Shown one piece after another: positions 39,959-49,562 of a stretch of 64,000 nucleotides of DNA (the stretch's first letter is position 1; the number at the start of each line of letters is the position of its first letter). The stretch is from an uncultured Erythrobacter sp. (lineage in GTDB: Bacteria > Pseudomonadota > Alphaproteobacteria > Sphingomonadales > Sphingomonadaceae). The notes under the pieces were generated by a model. That model was not told where the DNA came from and searched no databases. It saw nothing but the letters and a program-made list of their open reading frames with translations. Where the stretch lies: NCBI GenBank assembly GCA_947494705.1, contig CANLVN010000005.1:7835-71834 (forward strand), in the 5' to 3' direction. The translations under genes and the position numbers were made by a program.

Positions 39959-40398
39959 ATCGGGTGTTCGACGACGTTCAGGCTCGGGTTCTGCTTGAAC
40001 AGCCAACCTGAAAAGACACGCGAATGCTGGGTCTGGCCGCGCCCGAGAACGTCGACCTGAACGAAAGCGCCCGTTTCCTGCGGAAATTCGTAAGGCGCGG
40101 TGCGTTCGCACGCTTCGAGCCGAATGATGACCGGCCCCTCCTCAACGCTTTCGCCGGGCCTCATCTCGAAATCCTGGCTGACATTGTTGCGCTTGTTCAG
40201 CAGGCCGATCGTTGCAACGCGCTCTGCCATCGGCGTCGCTTCGGCGAGGTCCTCGACAGCATCGTCGCCGGTCTCGGGTTCGGCCGGCACGGCTGTATCG
40301 ACCGGCACTTCGACCGTGTTACTATCGGGTTCGCCTTCGCCGCAAGCCGCCAGCGGCAGCAGCACGGTCATGGCGACGAGGCAAAGCGGTCTGTGCAT
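39907..40398 (-). CDS. DUF2155 domain lipoprotein
   Basis: Lipobox LAAC; LLNKRNN, FSGWLFKQNPSLNVVEHPIYDVWVKDC. Confidence 0.85.
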   Translation of the reverse strand: MHRPLCLVAMTVLLPLAACGEGEPDSNTVEVPVDTAVPAEPETGDDAVEDLAEATPMAERVATIGLLNKRNNVSQDFEMRPGESVEEGPVIIRLEACERTAPYEFPQETGAFVQVDVLGRGQTQHSRVFSGWLFKQNPSLNVVEHPIYDVWVKDCEMAFPGEE

Positions 40399-40410
40399 CG
40401 CGGGCAGCGA

Positions 40411-40842
40411 TCAGCCCTCGGGCGACCAGGCTTCGTAGTCGCCGTCTGCCCTCGCCCGCTTTCCGCCGCGCTGCATCGCGCCCTGCGGAAGGTAGGCGTC
40501 TGCGGTGCCGGTGGCGTTGGGGGTATAGTCCACTTCCCAGATCTTCGGCGGGGGCAGGTGGCTTTCGGGCACATCATCGAATGCGCCGTGGAGCCAGCCG
40601 TGCCACTCACTAGGCACGCGGCTCGCATCGTTTGCGCCGTCATAGATCACCCAGCGGCGCTCCTTCTGCGTGTAGGAGCCGAGATTTGGCGCGTCCTTAC
40701 CCGCCTTCTTGTTGCGCGCGCGGTAATATTTGTTGCCAGCCGCATCGGTGCCGACATGCTCGCCGCCGACGCGCTTCGCCCACCAATGCGTGCCGATTGT
40801 CGCGCCGTCCCACCATGTGAAGATTTTGCCGAAGATTCCCAT
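40411..40842 (-). CDS. NADH:ubiquinone oxidoreductase NDUFA12 (B17.2)-family protein
   Basis: FTWWDGATIGT, VGTDAAGNKYY, RRWVIY, ASRVPSEWHGWLH, DYEAWSP. Confidence 0.9.
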   Translation of the reverse strand: MGIFGKIFTWWDGATIGTHWWAKRVGGEHVGTDAAGNKYYRARNKKAGKDAPNLGSYTQKERRWVIYDGANDASRVPSEWHGWLHGAFDDVPESHLPPPKIWEVDYTPNATGTADAYLPQGAMQRGGKRARADGDYEAWSPEG

Positions 40843-40896
40843 GGCGGGCCAGTTACTGCGTTTCGCTGCGCGCTTCAAGCAGCGTTGGCGAGCAAA

Positions 40897-41418
40897 TCAG
40901 GGCGCAGCGTCTTCGGGGAGTTCGAACTCCACCATATCGCCGGCTTGAATGCCGAGTTCCTCGGACAGGCCACCCCGGATCTCGAACACCGCCAGTGCCG
41001 GGCCATCCGAAAAGACGCTGTCGGTCGAATAGGGCACGCCGGCCTCGATATTGGTGATGCGGCGAGATGGGCCGATGAAGATGATGTCGAGCGGAAGCGG
41101 AGTGTTCTTCATCCAGAAACTGCGCGCCTGCGGGGTATAGGATGGGAACAGCATGCCTTCGTCATCGCCCATTTCGGTGCGAAACATCATGCCCTTGGCC
41201 TGTTGCTCGTTCGTCAGTGCGAGTTCGGTCGCAAAAGTGTGTCGTTCTTCGCCACTGAGGATGGTTACTTCGGTCAGTTGCAAACCGGCTTCGGACACAG
41301 CGGGACCAGCCATGTCGGCGGCAGGCGCGGGCGGTGCATCTTGCGCGGCACCCACCGGAGAACATGCGGCAAGGGCGGCTAGAACCAATGGAGCCGCCAA
41401 TCCTGTAATTCTCACCAT
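40897..41418 (-). CDS. DUF192 domain lipoprotein
   Basis: Lipobox LAAC; ELA...QQAKGMMFR...GMLF, FWMKNTPLPLDIIFI, VFEIRGG...GIQAGD. Confidence 0.9.
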   Translation of the reverse strand: MVRITGLAAPLVLAALAACSPVGAAQDAPPAPAADMAGPAVSEAGLQLTEVTILSGEERHTFATELALTNEQQAKGMMFRTEMGDDEGMLFPSYTPQARSFWMKNTPLPLDIIFIGPSRRITNIEAGVPYSTDSVFSDGPALAVFEIRGGLSEELGIQAGDMVEFELPEDAAP

Positions 41419-42044
41419 GATCCGCTCTCATCCCTCTCGTCTGCTTCGGCCTCTTCCAGCCAGGTATCGATATCGTCGGTTGCGGCTGCATCCATTATGA
41501 ACCGCACATGCTCGAAGGAGTGCCCTGCGCGCAGCATCGCGGCAACCTGTTTCTCGCGCAGCTTGTGCGTTTCCTCGTGTGAGAGGCCCTCGAACCGTTG
41601 CGCGCCGAAGGCCCCGAACCGACGCTTCTTCGCCAACAGGATCGCGGCGCGGCGGCTTTCCGCTTCTCCCGGAGCGCTGTCGCTGCGCACACCCTCCGCG
41701 ACCCCCGCCGCCCACAGCGCCTGTTCGACCCGTCTTGCGCCATAGCCGCGCTGGGTCAGGTCGCGCGATTTGGAGCGGGCGTAAACCTCGTCATCGACGT
41801 AGCCCAGCTCCACCAACCGGGCGACGAGAGCGGGTACGTCGAGGTCGATTGTGCGTCCATCCGCATCCTCGGCCACGCCGCGTTCACGCAACTTGCGTGC
41901 AAGATAGGCCTCCAGTTTCGACCCAGTTGTGGAAAAACGCGCAACATAGGAAAGCGCCAGATCGCGCAAAGCCGTCTCATCGAGAGGGCGCGCTTTTTTC
42001 CTCGCCTTCTCGCGCTTTCCCCCCGGCTTTTCGGTGCGCTTCAT
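41412..42044 (-). CDS. recX: RecX-family regulatory protein
   Basis: ALSYVARFSTT, LVELGYVDDEVYA, RGYGARRVEQAL, AAMLRAGHSFE. Confidence 0.8.
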   Translation of the reverse strand: MKRTEKPGGKREKARKKARPLDETALRDLALSYVARFSTTGSKLEAYLARKLRERGVAEDADGRTIDLDVPALVARLVELGYVDDEVYARSKSRDLTQRGYGARRVEQALWAAGVAEGVRSDSAPGEAESRRAAILLAKKRRFGAFGAQRFEGLSHEETHKLREKQVAAMLRAGHSFEHVRFIMDAAATDDIDTWLEEAEADERDESGSW

Positions 42045-42230
42045 GTGCGCTTCATCCTCGCCCTCTAGGCGCGGTGAACCGCTACCGGGTGATGACAATT
42101 TGCTTTCGCGTGAAACCATTTCGCCTTATTCGTGCCACAGTCCTTATCAAATGGGAAAAATTGGACCGGACTGGAGGCACTTTCCGACCGGTGGGGATAA
42201 GCTAAAGCGCGCGGAGCCGCGCAGCAATGG

Positions 42231-44003
42231 ATGGGTATCGCTGATATCATGAACGACGCAAGCTTGAAGCCAACTCCGAACGACTGCGATTTGCCGCGCA
42301 TCCGCGCCGACTTCGCAACGTTCAACGAGGCGATCGACTATGCCGCACGATCGAAGAAAGGCATGAACTTTCACGACATGCGCGGTCAGCTCGAACGGGT
42401 ATACCCCTATTCCGAGATGCGCGAAGACGCGATCGAGATGGCGTATCGACTGGTCGAATGGGGCATCAAGCCCGGCGAACGGGTCGCCCTGATCGCCGAG
42501 ACCGGTCCCGATTTCGCGGCATTGTTCTGCGCTTGTGTCTATGCCGGGGCGTGGCCCGTGCCGCTGCCCTTGCCGACCACCTTCGGCGGCAAGGATAGCT
42601 ATATCGACCAGCTCGCAGTGCAACTCGACAGCTCCGACCCGTCGATCCTTATTTACCCCGAAGAGATCGGCGACATGGCCGCCGCCGCCGCCGGACGTCA
42701 GGGTTGTGCGGGCGAAAGCTGGCAGGACTTTGGCAAACGCCCCGCCCCGCAGGTCGACCTGCCCGAGGCCGATCCCGACGATATCTGCTACCTGCAATAT
42801 TCTTCCGGCTCGACCCGCTTTCCGACAGGCGTTGCGGTCACGCATAGGGCGCTGCTGCACAATCTGTACGGTCATGCAGAAAGCATGAACCTGACCACCG
42901 GAGACCGCTGCGTGAGCTGGTTGCCGTGGTATCACGACATGGGACTGGTCGGGTGCTTCCTGTCGCTGATTGCCAACCAGTTCTCAGTCGATTTCCTCAA
43001 GCCCGATGCCTTCGCACGGCGCCCGCTGGCATGGCTCGACATGATTACCCGCAATCAGGGTAACACCGTCTCCTACTCGCCGACCTTCGGGTACGACATC
43101 TGCGCGCGGCGCATTTCCAGCCAGAGCAACGTCGCCGAACGCTTCGACCTGTCGCGCTGGCGGCTGGCGGGCAATGGCGCGGACATGATCCGCCCGGACG
43201 TGATGCAAAGCTTCGTCAACGCTTTCGCCGATGCGGGCTTCCGCGCTTCGGCCTTCACACCGTCATACGGCCTTGCCGAAGCCGTGCTGGCCGTGACGGT
43301 GATGCCACCGGGAGAAGGCATCCGTGTCGAGCTGGTGGAGGAAGAGCGTCTGTCGGGCACGCCACGCGATATCTCGCGTCCGGCCCGCTATCGCGCGATC
43401 GTCAATTGCGGCAAGCCGCTGCCCGACATGGAAGTCGAAATTCGCGGCGAGGACGGCCATTCGCGCGGCGACCACCAGATCGGCAAGGTCTGGTGCCGTG
43501 GCCCCAGCGTCATGCACTCCTATTTCCGCAACGAAGCCGCGACCCGCGACTGCCTTTTCCCAAGCGATGATCCGGACAAGGGTGCCTGGCTCGACACCGG
43601 GGACATGGGCTACATGGCCGATGGCTACCTGTTCATCGTCGGACGCGCGAAGGACATGATCATCATCAACGGCAAGAACCATTGGCCGCAGGACATCGAA
43701 TGGGCGGTCGAGCAATTGCCCGGCTTCAACCATGGCGACATTGCCGCATTTGCGGTCGAGACCGACAATGGCGAGGAAGCTCCCGCCGTGCTGGTGCATT
43801 GCCGGGTTTCCGATCCGGTCGAACGCGTGAAGCTGCGCGAACAGATCGCGGACAAGGTGCGCTCGGTCACCGGCATGAGCTGCGTGGTCGAACTGGTCCC
43901 GCCCAGGACCCTGCCGCGCACCTCGTCGGGCAAGCTCAGCCGCGCCAAGGCAAAGAAGCTGTATCTGTCGGGCGAGATCGTACCGCTGGACCTCGCGGCT
44001 TAG
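42231..44003 (+). CDS. Fatty acyl-AMP ligase (FAAL) / acyl-ACP synthetase-like adenylating enzyme
   Basis: YLQYSSGSTRFPTGV, SWLPWYHDMGLVG, PSYGLAE, DTGDMGY, GRAKDMIIINGKNHWPQDIE, LPRTSSGK. Confidence 0.9.
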   Translation: MGIADIMNDASLKPTPNDCDLPRIRADFATFNEAIDYAARSKKGMNFHDMRGQLERVYPYSEMREDAIEMAYRLVEWGIKPGERVALIAETGPDFAALFCACVYAGAWPVPLPLPTTFGGKDSYIDQLAVQLDSSDPSILIYPEEIGDMAAAAAGRQGCAGESWQDFGKRPAPQVDLPEADPDDICYLQYSSGSTRFPTGVAVTHRALLHNLYGHAESMNLTTGDRCVSWLPWYHDMGLVGCFLSLIANQFSVDFLKPDAFARRPLAWLDMITRNQGNTVSYSPTFGYDICARRISSQSNVAERFDLSRWRLAGNGADMIRPDVMQSFVNAFADAGFRASAFTPSYGLAEAVLAVTVMPPGEGIRVELVEEERLSGTPRDISRPARYRAIVNCGKPLPDMEVEIRGEDGHSRGDHQIGKVWCRGPSVMHSYFRNEAATRDCLFPSDDPDKGAWLDTGDMGYMADGYLFIVGRAKDMIIINGKNHWPQDIEWAVEQLPGFNHGDIAAFAVETDNGEEAPAVLVHCRVSDPVERVKLREQIADKVRSVTGMSCVVELVPPRTLPRTSSGKLSRAKAKKLYLSGEIVPLDLAA

Positions 44004-44122
44004 CCAGCTTTTCCGCTCGTCCCTCCGGACGAGCCTTGTCGGTGTTCCCTCGGCATCGCTGCGGGCACCTGCGGACGCGCATTCGCGCTTCCTAGTGCAA
44101 CCGCTGCCTAGGTTGAGTTAGA

Positions 44123-45745
44123 TCACTGCCCGCCCCAATCGGCGCGAAGTGGCCCCGGCCCCGACCTTACCGTCACGCTGACCCCGCGCTGCGCGAGAAG
44201 TTCCGCAGCATCGCTCGCGCGTTCCTGCGGGCCGATCAGGATGATGGGCAGGTCGATGCGGTTCGCCGCCCATTCGATCACGCTCAGCGCCTGCGCGCCT
44301 TCGGGTGTCGGGCCGTCCTCGTCCCAGCCGATCGCGCCGGGAAGCGCGCCAATCGGCGGCAACAATTCGACTGTCCAGTCTGGCTCGGTCGCGGCGATCC
44401 GCATCTCCAACGCCCTGTAAGCGGCGAGGGTGGCCCCTTCGAGACGCTGCGCACGCACGGTCGCACGGCGGCGGGTGCGGTCGACGGTCACTTCGTCCTC
44501 GGGCACGCCTGCAACGAGAGCGAGCCGCGTCGCAAGGTCGTTTGCCCGTTCGAGAGCCACTGCTTCCTCGCTGGCACGGGCAGCGGACAGCTGCGCCTGT
44601 TCGGCGGCATTTTCGCCGGTTGGGACCTGGTACTGCGTGAGCGTCAATTCGACCGGTTCTGACAGGCGAGCGGTGAGCGCACGTTCGATATCCGCCTCGG
44701 CCTCAGGCCGGATATTCGGGGTCAGCATCGCTGCGCTGACCGAAACCGGCTCGGTGCCGAACTCGATATTGAGCTGGTCGATAAGGGCATTCGCGGGGAA
44801 GCCGTCCGAGATTTCGTCGCGCACGATCCGCTGCGCATTCGTCTGCCACGCGATTTGCTGCAAGGAGTAACCGAGCGGCACCGCAAGCCCGATGAACACG
44901 GTGACGATGGCAATGTTCTGGAACGCCGTATTGCGCGCGGAAAGGTTGGTCTGGAACCCATAAAGCCGCGCCATCGCCCATGCGGTCAGCGCGATCGTGA
45001 TGAGGTTGGTCACATAGAGCAGCAGCGAACCGGAAAAGACCGTCCAGTTCCACGTCGCCAGGCCAAAGCCCACGGTTGCGAGCGGTGGCATCAACGCGGT
45101 GGCGATGGCCACGCCCACGATCGTCCCCTCGCGCCCCCTGATCATCGCATAGGCGCCCGCCATTGCCGAAAAGAGCGCGACGAACAGGTCGAACAGGTTG
45201 GGCCGCGTTCGCGCGGCAATCTCCGGCGTGATCGTCTGGATCGGCGAAAGGTAGACGAGCAAGCCCGTCAGCCCGATTGCCATCACCGTGCCCCAGGCGA
45301 GGCTGCGCGCGGATTGCCGCAACCAATGATAATCGCCAATCGCCAGCGCAAAGCCCAGCCCCATGATCGGCCCCATCAGCGGCGACAGCAGCATCGCCCC
45401 GATCACGACCGCAGGCGAGGACAGCAACAGGCCAAGCACCGCGATCCCGCCGCTCATGGCGGTCATGAAGAGATAACGCTCGCTCATGAGGCAGTCTTCG
45501 CGCCGCCGCTCGATCACCTCCGCTTGGTCGACCGTGCCCACGACATCCTCGCGCCACCAGCGCCGCACGCTGAGCAACACGCGCGAGGCCGACATGCCTG
45601 GCGTAGTGGTGGTCGCCGAAGCGGAGCGATTGGGCAGCGGCGTATAGCCCGAACTCGATGGCACGGGTTTCTGGGGCGTATCGGGATTTTCTTCGGACAA
45701 GTTTGCATCCGTGGGCTTTGAAAGGGTGGCAAGCCTTAAAGCCAT
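44123..45745 (-). CDS. DUF389 (TIGR00341/TIGR00271-like) membrane protein with long C-terminal extension; start uncertain
   Basis: SPAVVIGAMLLSPLMGPI, EIAARTRPNLFDL.VAL.S, GVAIATALMPPLATVG. Confidence 0.85.
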   Translation of the reverse strand: MALRLATLSKPTDANLSEENPDTPQKPVPSSSGYTPLPNRSASATTTTPGMSASRVLLSVRRWWREDVVGTVDQAEVIERRREDCLMSERYLFMTAMSGGIAVLGLLLSSPAVVIGAMLLSPLMGPIMGLGFALAIGDYHWLRQSARSLAWGTVMAIGLTGLLVYLSPIQTITPEIAARTRPNLFDLFVALFSAMAGAYAMIRGREGTIVGVAIATALMPPLATVGFGLATWNWTVFSGSLLLYVTNLITIALTAWAMARLYGFQTNLSARNTAFQNIAIVTVFIGLAVPLGYSLQQIAWQTNAQRIVRDEISDGFPANALIDQLNIEFGTEPVSVSAAMLTPNIRPEAEADIERALTARLSEPVELTLTQYQVPTGENAAEQAQLSAARASEEAVALERANDLATRLALVAGVPEDEVTVDRTRRRATVRAQRLEGATLAAYRALEMRIAATEPDWTVELLPPIGALPGAIGWDEDGPTPEGAQALSVIEWAANRIDLPIILIGPQERASDAAELLAQRGVSVTVRSGPGPLRADWGGQ

Positions 45746-45884
45746 TGCCCGCCGAACGAAAGCACCATGGATTAGGCCGCCCAAACGCGCTAGCCTACTT
45801 GAACAGCGTGTTTTAGATCACTAATACAGTTATCGAGACAGCCGCGCTTACCGGGGGATCGCTCCCGAGGTTCGGCAAGGGAGC

Positions 45885-47132
45885 ATGAAGAGCCGCATGA
45901 ACACCGAGACGACGCCAGACCTCAACCTGACCGCGCCGACCAAGACGAAGACCGATTTCGAGCTGACACCGCCCGATCCGATCCCCGACGTCGCGCCGGA
46001 AAAGGCCGCCGGGCTTGTCCCGGTCTCGACCGAGCAGAAATCGAAGCTCGACACCAAGGTCGACGCCTTCGTCACCGATCTTGTCAGTGTCGATGCCAAC
46101 TCTCCCGAATTCGGCGTAAAGGTCGACCAGATCACGCGCATGGGCCAGGAGCAGATCCGCGCCGCGGCCGCGCATTCCAACCGCTTTCTAGACCGGCCCG
46201 TGCGCGCGATGGACGCCGACAGCAGCGTCGGAAGCGATCTAGCCGAACTGCGCCGCACGGTCGAAGACCTCGATCCGGGCCGCAAGTCCAAGCTGCTGGC
46301 CCCGCGCAAGCTGTTCGGCATCATCCCCTTCGGCAACAAGCTGAAGAACTATTTCGACAGTTATACGAGTTCGCAGGGCCACATTCAGGCGATCCTCGAA
46401 CGGCTCGAATCGGGCAAGAAGGAACTCCATCTCGACAACGCGGCCATCGACACCGAGCGTGCGAAGCTGTGGGAGGCGATGGGCGAGCTGGAACAGATGA
46501 TCCACATCGCCAAGACGCTCGATACGCGACTGGAAGCCAAGGCCAACGAACTCGACGCTTCCGACCCCGAAAAGGCAAAGGCGCTGCGCGAAAGCGCGCT
46601 GTTCTATGTCCGTCAGCGCACACAGGACCTGCTGACCCAGATGGCAGTGAGCGTGCAGGGCTACCTCGCGCTCGACCTCGTGAAGAAGAACAACGTCGAA
46701 CTTGTGAAAGGCGTTGATCGCGCCAGCACCACCACGGTGGGCGCGCTGCGCACGGCCGTGACGGTTGCACAGGCTATGACCAACCAGAAGCTGGTCTTGC
46801 AGCAGATCACCTCGCTGAACCAGACGACCAGCGACATCATCGATTCCACCAGCACGCTGCTGCGCGAACAGACAGCGCAGATCCACGAACAGGCTGCCTC
46901 GAGCACCATTCCGCTGGAGACGCTGCAGCGCGCCTTCCAGAACATCTACGACACGATGGACGAGGTCGACGATTTCAAGGTCCGCGCGCTCGACAGCATG
47001 AAACAGACCGTGGGCGTGCTCACCGAAGAGGTCGAGAAGTCGAAGGGATATATCGCGCGTGCCGAAGGCCAATCCCAGGCGCAGGCGAAGGTTGCCAATT
47101 CAGAACCATCCCTGCTGGCGCTCGATAGCTGA
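45885..47132 (+). CDS. telA: Toxic anion resistance protein (TelA family)
   Basis: Long coiled-coil protein; KLFGIIPFGNKLKNYFDSY, LDLVKKNNVELVKGVDRASTTTV.ALRTAV.VAQA; AGGGAG RBS. Confidence 0.85.
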   Translation: MKSRMNTETTPDLNLTAPTKTKTDFELTPPDPIPDVAPEKAAGLVPVSTEQKSKLDTKVDAFVTDLVSVDANSPEFGVKVDQITRMGQEQIRAAAAHSNRFLDRPVRAMDADSSVGSDLAELRRTVEDLDPGRKSKLLAPRKLFGIIPFGNKLKNYFDSYTSSQGHIQAILERLESGKKELHLDNAAIDTERAKLWEAMGELEQMIHIAKTLDTRLEAKANELDASDPEKAKALRESALFYVRQRTQDLLTQMAVSVQGYLALDLVKKNNVELVKGVDRASTTTVGALRTAVTVAQAMTNQKLVLQQITSLNQTTSDIIDSTSTLLREQTAQIHEQAASSTIPLETLQRAFQNIYDTMDEVDDFKVRALDSMKQTVGVLTEEVEKSKGYIARAEGQSQAQAKVANSEPSLLALDS

Positions 47133-47944
47133 TGCCGGACACGACCCGCGAATCAGACCAGATCATGCGTGCGGCAGGCCAATCGCTCGCCACGCAGCGC
47201 GCGGGCGGTACGCACCGACCGGGTAGAGGAAGCATCGGCAAAGGGTCCGCCGATGCCAAGCTCAAGACCTGGATGAAGCGCGGAGGCTACTTCGCACTGG
47301 CCGCCTTTGCGATCCTCACCGCCGCTTCGATCATCGGAGTGATCCTCAACGGCATCGGCTTTGTCGGCGTGATGGCGGTTGCGATGGCGATCATGTGCGC
47401 AGCCGTGTTCTTCTCGCAGTTTCCCAAGGTGAAGATACCCAAGCGTGCCGACCTCGGACAGGGCAATCCCAAGCAGATGGTCGCGCGCACCGAACTATGG
47501 CTCGAAAGTCAGCGGGCCGCCCTGCCCCCGGCGGCTCAGGACATCGTCGAGACCATGGGCACGCAGCTCGACGCACTCGGCGTCCAGCTTGAAACCATGG
47601 ACCAGTCGCATCCGGCGATGGCCGAAGTGCGCGAACTGGTGGGCGAGTACATTCCGGAGACGATCGACAATTATCGCAAGATCCCGCAGCACCTGCGCTC
47701 GGAAGAACATGCCGGTGGCACTGCCGACGATCGGCTCGTGTCGAGCCTCACCAAACTTTCCGGCGAACTTGACCGCGTGACCCGCCGCCTGGCCGAGGGC
47801 GCGCTTGACGATCTTGCGGTAAAGTCGCGCTATCTCGATTACCGCTATGGCGGAGACGAAATGCTCGAGGACATGGGCGGCATGCCCGATACCGGTGTCC
47901 CGCTGCCCGATTTCGCCGCCGACAAAGCGAAAGCGGAAAGGTAA
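47132..47944 (+). CDS. Membrane protein partner of TelA (XpaC-like/hypothetical)
   Basis: Overlaps the telA stop by 1 nt (TGATG); two TM helices followed by a helical domain (YIPETIDNY); XpaC likeness inferred from architecture and position. Confidence 0.65.
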   Translation: MPDTTRESDQIMRAAGQSLATQRAGGTHRPGRGSIGKGSADAKLKTWMKRGGYFALAAFAILTAASIIGVILNGIGFVGVMAVAMAIMCAAVFFSQFPKVKIPKRADLGQGNPKQMVARTELWLESQRAALPPAAQDIVETMGTQLDALGVQLETMDQSHPAMAEVRELVGEYIPETIDNYRKIPQHLRSEEHAGGTADDRLVSSLTKLSGELDRVTRRLAEGALDDLAVKSRYLDYRYGGDEMLEDMGGMPDTGVPLPDFAADKAKAER

Positions 47945-47946
47945 TC

Positions 47947-48249
47947 ATGCGCGTCTCGCTTCCCCACTCGCTCGGCAAAGAGGAAGTGCGTCGACGGATG
48001 CATGAACACGGCCATGAAATCGGCAGCTACTTTCCTCCCGGCATGGCCACGGTGGAAACCAGCTGGCCGCACGAGGACCGGATGGATCTGCACATCCTTG
48101 CCGCCGGACAAAAAATCGAAGGCGGGATCGATATCGCGGAGGACAGCGTCACGATCGATCTCGACCTGCCCGCAATCCTCGGTTTCCTGCGCGGCACGCT
48201 CGAACGGGCGGTGACGAAACACGGCGGCAGGCTACTCGAAAAGAAATAG
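47947..48249 (+). CDS. Polyhydroxyalkanoic-acid-system (PHA_gran_rgn) family small protein
   Basis: MRVSLPHSLGKEEVRRR...DLDLPAILGFL: typical N- and C-terminal pattern; 2 nt after the upstream stop. Confidence 0.7.
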   Translation: MRVSLPHSLGKEEVRRRMHEHGHEIGSYFPPGMATVETSWPHEDRMDLHILAAGQKIEGGIDIAEDSVTIDLDLPAILGFLRGTLERAVTKHGGRLLEKK

Positions 48250-48375
48250 AATCAGGGCCTCGTCCGGAAATGGGCCGGCACAACCGGCCACGGAACGACG
48301 CCTCCACACCGGGATGGTGGTTCTTTCGTGAAATCTGCTACGCTGCGCGCAAAAGCACACATCAAGGATACTCCA

Positions 48376-48750
48376 ATGCCGCACGAAGGCTCCATCCGGC
48401 CCGACCACTTGCTGATGGTCGAGGACAACATGATCATCGCGCTCGAAGCCGAAGAAAACCTCAAGGAACTGGGAGTTCAATCCGTTCGCACGGAAAACAG
48501 CTGCGCCAGGGCACTCGACGCGATTGCACAGCAATGCCCCGATTTCGCGATCGTCGACTACAATCTCGGCGAGGAATCGAGCCTGCCCGTTATTCGCGAA
48601 CTCGCGCGGCTGGGCGTGCAGTTCGTACTGGCGACCGGCTATTCCGAATTGGACGAGACGCTTGAGGAAATGGGCGCGGTAGGCATCATGCGCAAACCTT
48701 ATGGCAGCGAGGATATGGAGCGCGCGCTCGCGCTGTATTCCCCCGACTAG
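48376..48750 (+). CDS. Single-domain response regulator (receiver only)
   Basis: LMVEDN, FAIVDYNL (phospho-Asp), LATGYS, KPY; AAGGA RBS before ATG 48376. Confidence 0.9.
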   Translation: MPHEGSIRPDHLLMVEDNMIIALEAEENLKELGVQSVRTENSCARALDAIAQQCPDFAIVDYNLGEESSLPVIRELARLGVQFVLATGYSELDETLEEMGAVGIMRKPYGSEDMERALALYSPD

Positions 48751-49562
48751 ACCGAGCGGGTAAGCAAGGTCACCTCGGCAGCGCCAAAATCGATCTGGGC
48801 GAAATTCTCGGCAAACAGGCACTCGCCCGCATTCGCGGTGGCACCGCCAGCGCTAACCTTGCCCCTTAGCGGTAGTGCGAGCAACGCTCCCGGATAGTGA
48901 TTGGCGAGGGCGGCATCGGGTGCACCTTCGACGCGATCGAGGCGGAAATGCTCTCCCTCAATCAGCGTCACGCCGCGCTCGGCGACGGTTCCGCGCAACT
49001 CAGCCGGATAGGGCTCGCCGCGTGCAACGGCCAGGCCGCGCCCAAGGTGGAGTTCGCGCGCGCGCCCATAATCGTAGAGGCGAAACGTCGTATCCGAGCT
49101 TTGTTGCACCTCGACGAGCGACAGACCCGGGCCGATGGCATGGACCGTGCCCGGCGGCAGCATGAAGACATCGCCCGGTTGCGCGGTGTACCAGGTCAGC
49201 AATTGCTCGATCGACCCGTCGAGCGCTGCCGCCTCGATTGTATCGGGCGCGACCGGCTCATCGAAACCGATGGCAAGGCGCGCGTCAGGCTCGGCGTCGA
49301 GCACCAGCCAGCACTCTTCCTTGCCGTCCTCGCCCGGATGAGCCTGCGCTGCGCTGGGATGGACCTGGACCGAAAGCTTCTGACTGGTGAACAGGTATTT
49401 GACCAGGAGGTCCGGCATTTCGGGCGGAGGCTCGAACCATATCTCACCGATCGGCTGCGCGTCTGGTGCGGCGAAGGGTGCAGGCAAGGCAGTGCGGCCC
49501 CAAACCTTCTCAACCATCCGCGTGGGGAGCAGCCGCGCACCGCTGGCAAGAGGCGCGCTCAC
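48747..49562 (-). CDS. manA: Class I mannose-6-phosphate isomerase (cupin)
   Basis: KVWG, LLVKYL, LSVQVHP, GKEECW, PGTVHAIG, EVQQSSDTTFRLYDYGR. Confidence 0.9.
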   Translation of the reverse strand: MSAPLASGARLLPTRMVEKVWGRTALPAPFAAPDAQPIGEIWFEPPPEMPDLLVKYLFTSQKLSVQVHPSAAQAHPGEDGKEECWLVLDAEPDARLAIGFDEPVAPDTIEAAALDGSIEQLLTWYTAQPGDVFMLPPGTVHAIGPGLSLVEVQQSSDTTFRLYDYGRARELHLGRGLAVARGEPYPAELRGTVAERGVTLIEGEHFRLDRVEGAPDAALANHYPGALLALPLRGKVSAGGATANAGECLFAENFAQIDFGAAEVTLLTRSV

